64,000 bases of DNA from an uncultured virus (IMG/VR IMGVR_UViG_3300033158_000302) (Duplodnaviria > Heunggongvirae > Uroviricota > Caudoviricetes). The notes beneath the pieces are model-generated. The model worked only from the letters and a program-made list of their open reading frames with translations, searched no databases and was not told the origin of the DNA. Of the stretch, positions 18,901-27,056 are shown piece by piece. The position numbers were made by a program, and so were the translations under genes. The DNA is taken from the IMG/VR virus record IMGVR_UViG_3300033158_000302. One strand, 5' to 3'. Numbering within the stretch: position 1 is the first letter of the stretch; each line of letters starts with the position of its first letter.

Positions 18901-21787
18901 CCGCTGGACCATGTGCCTGGCGCTGCCCGCCTGCGTCGGCATCTCCGCCGGGTCCGGCGGCGCCACCTGGGCCGCCGAGGCCGCCGGAACCAACGACGCG
19001 CACTGGACCGCGCTCGGCAACAACCTCATCGCCTGGGGATTCGGCAACGCCAACATCCGGCTCGGCCGTGAATGGAACGGCAACTGGTATCAGTGGTCAC
19101 CCGCCCTGACCGGTGACAGCGCCGCGAACTACATCGCCGGATACCAGCACATTGTCACCCTGCTGCGCAACTTGACCGGCGCCCATTTCACGTTCATGTG
19201 GAACCCGATCGAAGGCCAGGGCAGCATCGGCGCCGACGCGCAAACCTACTACCCCGGTGATGCCTACACCGACCAGATCGGCCTCGACGTCTACGACTGG
19301 GTCTACACCAACCAGACCAGCCCCCCGTACGGGTACCGGTCCGAAACAGACCGGCGGAACTGTTTCACCACCGCCGAAACCGCCACCGACGGCAACAACT
19401 CCTGGGTTCAGTTCGCCCGCAAGCACGGCAAACCACTCGCCTACCCCGAATGGGGCCTGGTGCAATGGCTGTCCGGCGGTTACAACGGCGGCGGCGACAA
19501 CCCCATCTTCATCAGCCAGATGCAGGAACTGGTCAGCTACTCGTTCCTGGAAGCATTCTGGGAAGACTCCGGCGCCGGCCTGTTCGACACCGACGGCGCC
19601 GCCTGCCGCACCGCAAACATCGAACGCCCCGACAACGCCAGGACCACATTCCTGACCTTGCAGGGCGCGGCATTCACCGCCGCCGGCGCCGGGGACGCCG
19701 AAGGCGCCGGCACCGCCCCGCCGTCGGCACCGGCCGCCGCCGCCACACCCAGCGCCCCGCAAGCATCCGGGACCGGCACCGCACCCGCCCCGACCATCGT
19801 CACCTCGTGTTCCCCGGCCCCGGCCTGCCCGGCCGGCACCGGCACCGCACCGGAACCGTCCCTGACGACTACCGCTGCCGTCAGCGCCCCGCAAGCGGCC
19901 GGGACCGGTACCGCACCGTCACCGTCGACCGCTGTCACCGTCAGTGCGCCCTGCCCGGCTGGGACCGGTGCCGCCAGCCCGGCAGCAGCCGCGACCGCTA
20001 AAGCAGCGACCGCACCGTGCCCCGCCGGGACCGGCACCGCCAGCCCGCCGGTGCCCGCGAGCGCCGCTGCCGTCAGCGTCGCCTGCCCGGCCGGGACCGG
20101 TACCGCACCGTCCGCGACGACCGCGACCGCTAAAACGGTCACCCCGCCATGCCCCGGCGGGGCCGGTGTAGCGAGCCCGGCGACCGCGGCCAGCGGCGTG
20201 GCCGCCCCGCAAGCGTCCGGTTCCGGGACCGCCAGCGCGGCCAGCATCACCACCGCGGCGGCACCGGCCGCGCCGCAAGCCACCGGAACCGGCACCGCCA
20301 GCCCGGCGACCGCCGCCAGCATCGCCACCATCACCGCGCCGCAAACTGCCGGGACAGGGACCGCCCCCGCCGCCAGCGCCGCGAGCGCCGCTGCCCCGGC
20401 CGCACCGCAAGCCGCGGGGACAGGGGCTGCCCCCGCACCCGGCATCAGCACCACCAGCAGCGGGCAAGCCTCCCCGCCGGCCGCCGCCGGCACCGGCACC
20501 AGCCCGCCGCCGGCGCTGACCACCACGGCCGCCGTGGCCGCCGGGGCTGCATCAGGCACAGGATCAGCACCCCAACCGGTCACCGGCACCGGGGCAGCAC
20601 CCGCTACCCCGGCCGGTGCGGCGACCGGTGCCGCCCCGTCCTCGGCAGGCACCGGCGCCGCACACCCCGCGCCACCCTGCCCGGCCGGGACCGGTACCGC
20701 ACCCGCCCCAACGATAACCACCGCCTGCACCCCCGCCGCGCCCGCCGCTGCCGGCACCGGAACAGCACCCCCACCCGCGCTGACCGCCACCGCAGCGGTC
20801 AGCGCCCCGCAAGCGATCGGCACCGGGACAGCCCCGGCAGCATCAGCCTCGACCATCGCACAGGGGCAGGCCAGCGCCGGGGCAGCCACCGGCACCGGGA
20901 CAGCCCCGGCCGTGACCGCCGCAGCGGCGTACAGTGCAACTGCGGGACTGGCTTCCGGAACCGGAACTACACCGCCCGCTACGACGGCGATCGCCGTGTC
21001 CCGGAACGCCGGCCCGTCCACCGGCACCGGCACCGCCCCGCCCGCCAGCATCACCACCACGGTCAGCGCCCTCGCCGGCCTGGCCGCCGGAACAGGCACC
21101 AGCCCGCCACCCGATACGGCCCGCACCGGCACCGCCAGCCCGGCCGCCGCCGCCGGAACCGGCACCGCGCCGCCCAGCTCGGCCTCCACCGTCCCCGTCA
21201 CCAGCGTCACCCCGGCATGCCCAGCCGGGACCGGTACCGCACCCGCGCCCGGCCTGGCCGCGAGCGCATCGGTCAGCGCCGGGCCAGCTACCGGGCAAGG
21301 CACCAGCCCGCACGCCACCGGCACCGGATACGCCGCCACCAGCGCCCAGCCCAATGTGGCCACCGGAACCGGCACCAGCCCGCCACCGTCAATCACCGCC
21401 AGCACCTCAGTGCATCCGCCCGCCGCCGCCGGAACCGGCACCAGCCCCCCACCAGTGGGGCAAGGCGCCCGCATCGCCACCCCGGCATGCCCCACCGGCC
21501 TCGGCACCGCGCCCGTCGCCGCGCTCGCCGCCGCCGCACAGGTGCAGGCGCTGGCCGCGCTCGGCCTCGGGACCGCCCCCGCCCCCGCAATCACCGCGCT
21601 AGGGTCAATTTCGTTGCTGTCGGGCCTGGCCGCCGGCGCACCCCACGGCCAATGGAGTACCGGGCCACCCCGAACGCAATGGTCCGCAGGCGCCCCGCAC
21701 ATCCGCTGGGCGACCGGGCCACCGCACAGCAAATGGGCAGCCGCTGGCCCGCACACACGCTGGACAGCCAGCTCACCCCATGGGTGA
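15902..21787 (+). CDS. Giant fibre/appendage protein with ~22-aa repeats and an internal GH26 glycoside hydrolase domain
   Basis: Repeats xVTPGCPAGTGTAPAP; GH26 motifs RLGREWNGNWY, YPGDAY.D.IGLDVYD, GKPLAYPEWG. Confidence 0.85.
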   Translation: MTIQCRGWKTATNSHGSATSVATSYASMNGGTAPQAGDLIVCVLLVTAASETITKSAGTGTWTIPASTSNAATQPFTSTVAYSQMAAGDTAPTFAFASASYSYMLFSLYSDAGGSVTFDTQATVKVDTTGATSHTPNTASASTAADGAIVCNAARYQTSGASAITVPTPCSGYSAVYSSGGIGGYAGASGYYANSCSAYIKKPVGSGTITPGAESFNETVANNAYLVLVKETLPETSPGLETYGFPISGPGAGDTINSVTVSVTEHQSNAAQQPCSIQLWDGTSAQIGTTQTGTASTSTSNVSTATWTGVTYSQLATLRVRVFGTALAGSGYVESVDGVSVVVNYTPASGGATTVTPGCPAGAGTAPAPTIATAKTVTPGCAAGTGAAAAPTAATGKTATPGCPAGTGSAPAPTLTTAASVSAPCPAGTGTASPATAVPGRTAVPGCPAGTGTAPAPTVATHASVSAPQATGTGSAPAPARAVTVNAGAATGAGTASGPKIVAYRVYQSGGGGAATQAMAATTAGTTLIATSTSANVVGTCTATDGTHTYTLSQAVYTAGHGGGYTGVYFLPNCPAGLTSVTVAGAQTVGFYEVGGLDLVTPVAGVTTGGSASTTSFSCASAATGPNQFSVFMMCYSASNGGTARTTGLSGDFITSWYAQEAYRIGTTAPSGTLSGTGSYDCAMVAFNPAGTTAGATWAGIQFVAKRGAAKVTAAAASLPLNPNGTIAAGNTAFASIHFGAYDIAGVKDTGGNVWHVDTRYGGGAICHAYLTTALTAADTVTAVLTGAATGTIELLEFSGVSQYAALDNDARGWATATATNITPGTFNGTTAPNMLVLTHGVSSADISTTVTWTPPPGWIEETTGLSPGNVTDCAWTIASVGTGQFFSPKWTQGAAIVMTGITLCFLPKQGVTQAKQTPATAGVYRGPCGIYAQDEKGSTAGGAASGILAYENWLGHHIQYPLDYIGDAPASWSDFENGILGQPIAGYTYLSSWGGTFLSRWTMCLALPACVGISAGSGGATWAAEAAGTNDAHWTALGNNLIAWGFGNANIRLGREWNGNWYQWSPALTGDSAANYIAGYQHIVTLLRNLTGAHFTFMWNPIEGQGSIGADAQTYYPGDAYTDQIGLDVYDWVYTNQTSPPYGYRSETDRRNCFTTAETATDGNNSWVQFARKHGKPLAYPEWGLVQWLSGGYNGGGDNPIFISQMQELVSYSFLEAFWEDSGAGLFDTDGAACRTANIERPDNARTTFLTLQGAAFTAAGAGDAEGAGTAPPSAPAAAATPSAPQASGTGTAPAPTIVTSCSPAPACPAGTGTAPEPSLTTTAAVSAPQAAGTGTAPSPSTAVTVSAPCPAGTGAASPAAAATAKAATAPCPAGTGTASPPVPASAAAVSVACPAGTGTAPSATTATAKTVTPPCPGGAGVASPATAASGVAAPQASGSGTASAASITTAAAPAAPQATGTGTASPATAASIATITAPQTAGTGTAPAASAASAAAPAAPQAAGTGAAPAPGISTTSSGQASPPAAAGTGTSPPPALTTTAAVAAGAASGTGSAPQPVTGTGAAPATPAGAATGAAPSSAGTGAAHPAPPCPAGTGTAPAPTITTACTPAAPAAAGTGTAPPPALTATAAVSAPQAIGTGTAPAASASTIAQGQASAGAATGTGTAPAVTAAAAYSATAGLASGTGTTPPATTAIAVSRNAGPSTGTGTAPPASITTTVSALAGLAAGTGTSPPPDTARTGTASPAAAAGTGTAPPSSASTVPVTSVTPACPAGTGTAPAPGLAASASVSAGPATGQGTSPHATGTGYAATSAQPNVATGTGTSPPPSITASTSVHPPAAAGTGTSPPPVGQGARIATPACPTGLGTAPVAALAAAAQVQALAALGLGTAPAPAITALGSISLLSGLAAGAPHGQWSTGPPRTQWSAGAPHIRWATGPPHSKWAAAGPHTRWTASSPHG
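16960..17400 (+). repeat. First block of ~66-nt/22-aa degenerate repeats
   Basis: TVTPGCPAGAGTAPAPTIATAK-type units. Confidence 0.8.
19690..21600 (+). repeat. Second, longer block of ~22-aa degenerate repeats
   Basis: Recurrent (C/Q)(P/A)AGTGTA(P/S)P units. Confidence 0.85.
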
Positions 21788-21837
21788 CGGAAACGTCACC
21801 CTCCGGAACACCCGGCCAGGCACGCGGAGCAGGCGCG

Positions 21838-21866
21838 GCCCCTGACTGCCTGGCCGGGGCTCTTTC
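21838..21866 (+). terminator. Possible intrinsic terminator
   Basis: GCCCC...GGGGC stem followed by TCTTTC after the giant gene. Confidence 0.35.
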
Positions 21867-22088
21867 CCCACGCCCCCATGAGGACAAGGAAACCGGCAGG
21901 TCATTACCGAATCCTTACCGGGAGGCTGTCATTATTCGCCTACCACAGGTAACCGTCAAACCCAGGCACAAACCCCGCGCATGGCCTAAACTCGCGAAGC
22001 GTATGCCGTGGGCGCCCAAGGGGCTGGCGAGAGCGGCAAAGCGAAACGCCGGAGGTAGCTGCCCGGCCCGCCAGCCCCACCCCATCCG

Positions 22089-22649
22089 GTGACCGCGCTA
22101 TGGGACGGCCCCGAGCACACCCGCCGCGCGATCGGCGGCCACGAATCAGCGCAAACCGGCACCGACTGCTGGCTCACCCCACCCGCGCTGATCACCGCGC
22201 TCGGACCGTTCGACCTGGACCCGTGCGCCGCCCCCGAACCGCGGCCCTGGCCAACCGCCGCCCGGCACATCACCCTCCCCGACGACGGGCTCACCGCCGC
22301 CTGGGACGGCCGGGTATTCCTTAACCCTCCGTACTCGGCCATCGACCGGTGGCTCGGGCGGCTCGCCGCACACGGCCACGGCACCGCGCTGATCTTCGCC
22401 CGCACCGAAACCGCCCGATTCACCCGCTACGTGTGGCGGGAAGCCACCGCCCTGCTGTTCCTATCCGGGCGGCTCACCTTCCACCGGCCCAACGGCAAAC
22501 CCGGGCCAGGCGACGCCGGCGCCCCCTCCGTCCTGGCCGCCTACGGGCAGCAGGACGCCGGCCGGCTGTACGCCAGCGGCCTGCCCGGCGCGTTCGTGCC
22601 CGCCTGGGCCATGCAGCCACCCGCACCCGACCAGGACCCCCTGTGGTAA
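22089..22649 (+). CDS. Phage DNA N6-adenine methyltransferase (Dam-like)
   Basis: WLTPP, FDLDPCA, VFLNPPYS, ARTET, GRL.F motifs. Confidence 0.9.
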   Translation: MTALWDGPEHTRRAIGGHESAQTGTDCWLTPPALITALGPFDLDPCAAPEPRPWPTAARHITLPDDGLTAAWDGRVFLNPPYSAIDRWLGRLAAHGHGTALIFARTETARFTRYVWREATALLFLSGRLTFHRPNGKPGPGDAGAPSVLAAYGQQDAGRLYASGLPGAFVPAWAMQPPAPDQDPLW

Positions 22650-22664
22650 GGAGGCGAGGCGCCC

Positions 22665-22964
22665 ATGATGGTGCTGGCCACCTCCCGGCCGTATGTGTTC
22701 ATCTCCGTCGACGGCCCCGGCGACGTCACCACCACCCTGCCCGAAATCGCCATCATCACCGACACCAGCGACGGCACCGAACCCGGCGACAGCGACTGGC
22801 ACGCCGCCTCCTGGATCAACGGGGAAGCTGCCCTGCTGATCGGCCCCGGCACCCCATGCGTCTACGCGGCCGGGCAATACATGGCCTACGTGCGGATCAC
22901 CGCCGGGTCCGAGCGGGTCGTCCTGCCATCCGGCCGGATCCGGGTCGGCGACACCCGCCCCTAA
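22665..22964 (+). CDS. Hypothetical protein (beta-rich, possibly structural)
   Basis: AGGAGG RBS; W..A.W, LIGPG, Y..YVRI motifs. Confidence 0.7.
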   Translation: MMVLATSRPYVFISVDGPGDVTTTLPEIAIITDTSDGTEPGDSDWHAASWINGEAALLIGPGTPCVYAAGQYMAYVRITAGSERVVLPSGRIRVGDTRP

Positions 22965-22971
22965 CCGCGCG

Positions 22972-25653
22972 ATGACCACCGCCTACCAGGACGCCGACTA
23001 CCGGCGTTACATCGCCCCCGCCTGCATGCCCCGGCGCCGCCGCTGGCGCACCCCCGGCGCCCTCGCGCGAGCACTGGAGCCGCGCACCCGCACCAGCCGC
23101 GCCCTGGCGCTCATCGACCGCGAACTAGCCGCCCTCGCCGACCACAAGAGCGGCGCCGACGCGCTCGCGATCGCGATGCCACCCCAGGAAGGAAAGCCGG
23201 TCTATGCTGGGGCAATGATCCTTATGGGGGACGGAAGCCGCAAACGCCTCAGAGACATAAAGGCTGGCGATACGGTCATAAGCCACCGGGGTGTCCCGTG
23301 CGTAGTCGAGGCGGTTCACGAGCAGGGTGACCTGCCGATCGTGAAAATTACGACTCACGCCGGCCGGGTGATCCGAGCGGCGGCTAGCCATCCGTTCCTG
23401 ACGCCTGACGGCTGGGTTGAGGCAGGCAAGCTGACCCCGGGTAACGGCGGTGGCCAGGGCACTGTCCGGGTTGATGGCGATGTGCTGGCCGTTGTCCGCG
23501 CTCCGCGACCAGAGTCCGATACTGCGCTGACCGCCGAGGCAGCCCGGCTGCTCGGCTATTTCATCGGCGACGGCAACACAACCGTCAGCACGCCCGGCCC
23601 GCGTGGCGGCTCGTTCAACGCGGCCATCAAGTGTGACGATGACACGGAGGGCGCTGACATCGAAGCATGCGCGGCTGCGCTCGGCTTCGGTATCACCGGA
23701 CGACCGGCCCCGCCGGTCGCAGAGGGTCGCTGGCCGCGCGCAGCGGCACTGTCCTTGTCCGGTGGTGTCCGTCCATGGCTTCGCCTGCATGGTCTAGCCG
23801 GCCGCACCTCCTACACCAAGCGAGTCCCCGCGGCGATCTTTACCTCACATCCCGAGATCGCCGCAGAGTTTATCGGTGCCTACTTTGCCTGCGACGGAAC
23901 CGTATCCCGGCGTGGCGGTGCCCGGCCCGACTGCCGCCTGGAGTTCAATTCGGTTAGCCGGGACCTGCTCGCTGACGTGCAGCACCTGCTCGTTCGCCTC
24001 GGGATCGCCTCGACGTTGCGACCGAAGTACACCACCTATGACGGCAAGCCCTACACCTCGTGGCGGCTGCTGATGCGGCGTCAGGATGACGCAGCCAGGT
24101 TCCGGCAGATCGTCCCGGTCCACCACCGCAAGGCGATCGTGCTCGGGGCGTGGGACTTGCACCGCACTGAGTTCGACACCGCATACATAGCCGACCCGGT
24201 TGTGGCGGTCGAACGGGAAGACCCAGCCGAATGCCGGTGCCTGACCGTCGCCGAGGACCACACATTCACCGTCGAAGACGTCGTGGTGCACAACAGCGAA
24301 CGGGTCTCCCGCCGGTTCCCCGCCTGGCTGCTCGCCCACAACCCGGCGCTGCGGATCGGCATCGTGTCCTACGAACTGGAAATGGCGGTCCGCTGGGGCC
24401 GGCAAATCAAACGGGACCTAGCCGCCGCCGACCCCCGCATCCTGAACGTCACCATCACCGAGGACTCCAAAGCCGCCGGGCGATGGGACACCCCCCAAGG
24501 CGGCGGCGTCTACTGTGTCGGCATCGGCGGCGCCCTCACCGGCCGGCCACTGGACGTGCTGCTCATCGACGACCCGGTCAAAGGCCGCGAGGAAGCCGAA
24601 TCGGAAACCTACCGGCGCCGCGCCTGGGACTGGTGGGAAAACGTCGCGATCTCCCGCCTCGCAACCGGCGGCATTGTGTGCCTAATTATGACTCGTTGGC
24701 ACGAAGATGACCTGGCCGGGCAGATCCTCGCCAAACCCGGCCCGCTGCAATGGCGGATCCTGACCCTGCCCGCGATCGCCGGCGAGAACGACCCGCTGCG
24801 CCGTGACCCCGGCGACGAGTTCCCCTCCGTCCGGGACCGGCCACCCGGCTACTTTTACCGGCTGCAAGCCACCCTGTCCCCGTATGTGTGGGCGTCGATC
24901 TACCAGCAGACCCCCACCGCCGCGGCCGGGAACTTCTTCCGCCGCGTCTCCTTCCGGTACTGGCGCACCGTCACCGGCCAGCCGCACCCCGCCACCCTGC
25001 TGGCCAGCTACCGGTACGCCGGCGTCTACATCGACCTGGACGGGCAGCAAACCGACCTCGCCGATGACGCCGTATGGCGGTTCGCCACCATCGACGTCGC
25101 CGCCAGCGAGAAAACCTCCGCCGACTGGACCGTCGTCGCCGTCTGGGCGATCAGCCGGCAAGGCGACCTGATCCTGCTCGACCGTGCCCGCGGCCACGCC
25201 GAAATGAGTGATCATTTCGCGATGGTCAAACCGCTGCGCGACCGCTGGCACTTCGACATCTGCTACGTGGAGCACCAGTTCTACTCCAAAACGCTGGTCA
25301 CCGACGCCCGCGAAGCCGGCATCCCCGTCGCCGAAGTCACCGCCGACAAAGACAAAATCACCCGCGCCATCCCCGCCGCCGGAAGGCTGCACGCCGGGAA
25401 AGTATGGTGGCCCGCCGACGCGCCCTGGCTGGCCGAATGGGAAAACGAGATCGCCTCATTCCCCCGCGCCGCCCACGACGACCAGGTCGACGTGTTCGCC
25501 TACGCCGCCCGCATCGCCGCCGCCCACTGGACCCCGGCACCACCACCGCCGCGCCCCCCGAAACTGCCCAGAGACCTCACCGAAATCGAGAATGCCTACG
25601 GGGCAGCCACCGGCAACGGCAACCAGGACGTCATGACGATGCCGCTCGGGTAA
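22972..25653 (+). CDS. terL: Terminase large subunit containing an intein
   Basis: Walker A MPPQEGK|S, Walker B LLIDDPVK, MTRWHEDDLAG, RNase H-like IDVA...D and HDDQVD. Confidence 0.95.
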   Translation: MTTAYQDADYRRYIAPACMPRRRRWRTPGALARALEPRTRTSRALALIDRELAALADHKSGADALAIAMPPQEGKPVYAGAMILMGDGSRKRLRDIKAGDTVISHRGVPCVVEAVHEQGDLPIVKITTHAGRVIRAAASHPFLTPDGWVEAGKLTPGNGGGQGTVRVDGDVLAVVRAPRPESDTALTAEAARLLGYFIGDGNTTVSTPGPRGGSFNAAIKCDDDTEGADIEACAAALGFGITGRPAPPVAEGRWPRAAALSLSGGVRPWLRLHGLAGRTSYTKRVPAAIFTSHPEIAAEFIGAYFACDGTVSRRGGARPDCRLEFNSVSRDLLADVQHLLVRLGIASTLRPKYTTYDGKPYTSWRLLMRRQDDAARFRQIVPVHHRKAIVLGAWDLHRTEFDTAYIADPVVAVEREDPAECRCLTVAEDHTFTVEDVVVHNSERVSRRFPAWLLAHNPALRIGIVSYELEMAVRWGRQIKRDLAAADPRILNVTITEDSKAAGRWDTPQGGGVYCVGIGGALTGRPLDVLLIDDPVKGREEAESETYRRRAWDWWENVAISRLATGGIVCLIMTRWHEDDLAGQILAKPGPLQWRILTLPAIAGENDPLRRDPGDEFPSVRDRPPGYFYRLQATLSPYVWASIYQQTPTAAAGNFFRRVSFRYWRTVTGQPHPATLLASYRYAGVYIDLDGQQTDLADDAVWRFATIDVAASEKTSADWTVVAVWAISRQGDLILLDRARGHAEMSDHFAMVKPLRDRWHFDICYVEHQFYSKTLVTDAREAGIPVAEVTADKDKITRAIPAAGRLHAGKVWWPADAPWLAEWENEIASFPRAAHDDQVDVFAYAARIAAAHWTPAPPPPRPPKLPRDLTEIENAYGAATGNGNQDVMTMPLG
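23197..24294 (+). mobile_element. 366-aa intein with LAGLIDADG homing endonuclease, Pro at position 1
   Basis: Begins PVYAGAMILMGDGS, block B ASHPFLT, LLGYFIGDG and FIGAYFACDG, block F CRCLTV, ends VVHN|S; removal restores GKS. Confidence 0.92.
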
Positions 25654-25979
25654 TACCGGGTCCGCCGCCCGGTACGCGGCAACCTCCGCGCGGCGCGCCC
25701 GCCGCTGGGCGTGCCGGCCACGCGGCCCCCACTCACACGCCGGCTGCAGCGCCTCCCACGCCGGCACGTACACGTCCCGCAACGGCCCCACCGCATCAGC
25801 TTCCACACCCTGCTGACGGTAGGCCCGGATATGCCGACCGGCCAGGCACGCGAGATACCGGGCCTCTTCCGGGGACAGCTCCACCCACATTCGGCATGCT
25901 CCCGCTCAGGTCCCGGCGCGGCCCCACCGCACAGCATCCACCCGCCCGCCGCACTCCCGCAGCCAGAAAGAACAGAACC

Positions 25980-26297
25980 ATGACCGGCCGCACCGAACTA
26001 CCCGGCGTCGGGAAGGCAACCACCTGCGAGGCAGCCGCCTACCACCGGCCCAAGCCGCTCCGGTACGTGTGGCACCACGTGCTGCCCGAAGCATGCGACG
26101 GCCCGACAACACCCGCCAACCTGGTTTCGCTCTGTGATGGATGCCATTACTCGTGCCACGTACTGATGTGGTGGCTCGCGAACGGCGGCCTCCCGCCCGG
26201 GCTCAAAGGCACCCGGAAACAGCTCGCGATCGCCTTCGACGGCTACACCCAGGCCCAAGACAACGGCACCATCGGCAAAATCCCCAAAGAAGCGTAA
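25980..26297 (+). CDS. HNH endonuclease (packaging-associated type)
   Basis: WHHVLP...G.....NLVSLCDGCH...H. Confidence 0.8.
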   Translation: MTGRTELPGVGKATTCEAAAYHRPKPLRYVWHHVLPEACDGPTTPANLVSLCDGCHYSCHVLMWWLANGGLPPGLKGTRKQLAIAFDGYTQAQDNGTIGKIPKEA

Positions 26298-26312
26298 ACC
26301 GGGGGTTTACAC

Positions 26313-26960
26313 TCAGGGACGGGGCAGATTCAGCCGGGCGGACTCGCCCCACCTGGCCAGGGCAGCCTCATCGTAGGCCCGGGCCGCGTCCTCTTCATCC
26401 GCGAACAGGCCCAGACTTCGGCCGGCGATGCGAGCCCGCCACCGGTTCGCAGTGTGCGGTGTCACGCCACGGAAACGCGACGGCCGCAACAGGGCACGGG
26501 CGGCCTTCTGGCGGGCGCTGGCCTGGACGTGATCGCAGGTCAGGCAGATCCGGTCCCCCATGCGCCAGCGACGCAGGACCAGGTTGCCGGGCACGAGCGC
26601 ATGCCGCTGCGGGCAATGGGTCTTGGCGGCGTTGATGGCGGCGACATTCGTGGCGCCGCGAAGCATGTTCTCCCGGTGCGTGACCGGTTCCAGGTGGCCG
26701 GGGTAGCAGCAGTCGGTCCAGATGCACCCCCAGTCTCTAACGTGGTCGAGTTCCCGTTTAGGAGGAATCGGGCCGACCAGCATCGTAAAGACAAGGCGGT
26801 GAACCCACCAGTCCTCGCCTTTCCAGGAGATTTGCCGGTATCCGTAGCGATTTGAGGGCTGGCCGTATAGATAGCGCCAGCAGCCACTTACCGGATCGAT
26901 CGTTACTCGCGCCCGGATGAGTTCAGGCAAATCAGCGAGGCACCAGATAGCCTCAGGCAT
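26313..26960 (-). CDS. HNH endonuclease with C-terminal AP2 domain (free-standing homing endonuclease)
   Basis: GCW, VHRL, ELDH...CCYPGHLEPVT..EN, THC..GH-like motif, SRFRGV...W.ARI...LG.F..EEDAARAYD; GGAGG RBS. Confidence 0.9.
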   Translation of the reverse strand: MPEAIWCLADLPELIRARVTIDPVSGCWRYLYGQPSNRYGYRQISWKGEDWWVHRLVFTMLVGPIPPKRELDHVRDWGCIWTDCCYPGHLEPVTHRENMLRGATNVAAINAAKTHCPQRHALVPGNLVLRRWRMGDRICLTCDHVQASARQKAARALLRPSRFRGVTPHTANRWRARIAGRSLGLFADEEDAARAYDEAALARWGESARLNLPRP

Positions 26961-27056
26961 GCGACCTCCGTACTAGGTCGTTGATGCCCGAGCCGCGCCA
27001 ACGGCCCGGGCATCACTACGTTCTGACCTGCGAGTTTACCCGAAGGGGGGTGATGG

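Noticed and set aside
16960..21600. Repeats as a CRISPR array or DGR template/variable pair
   Set aside because: Degenerate in-frame coding repeats without unique spacers; no cas or reverse transcriptase gene; no adenine-specific variation seen
19537..21756. 739-aa reverse-strand ORF and 647-aa alternate-frame ORF over the fibre repeats
   Set aside because: Shadow ORFs of a GC-rich repetitive gene; no independent motifs
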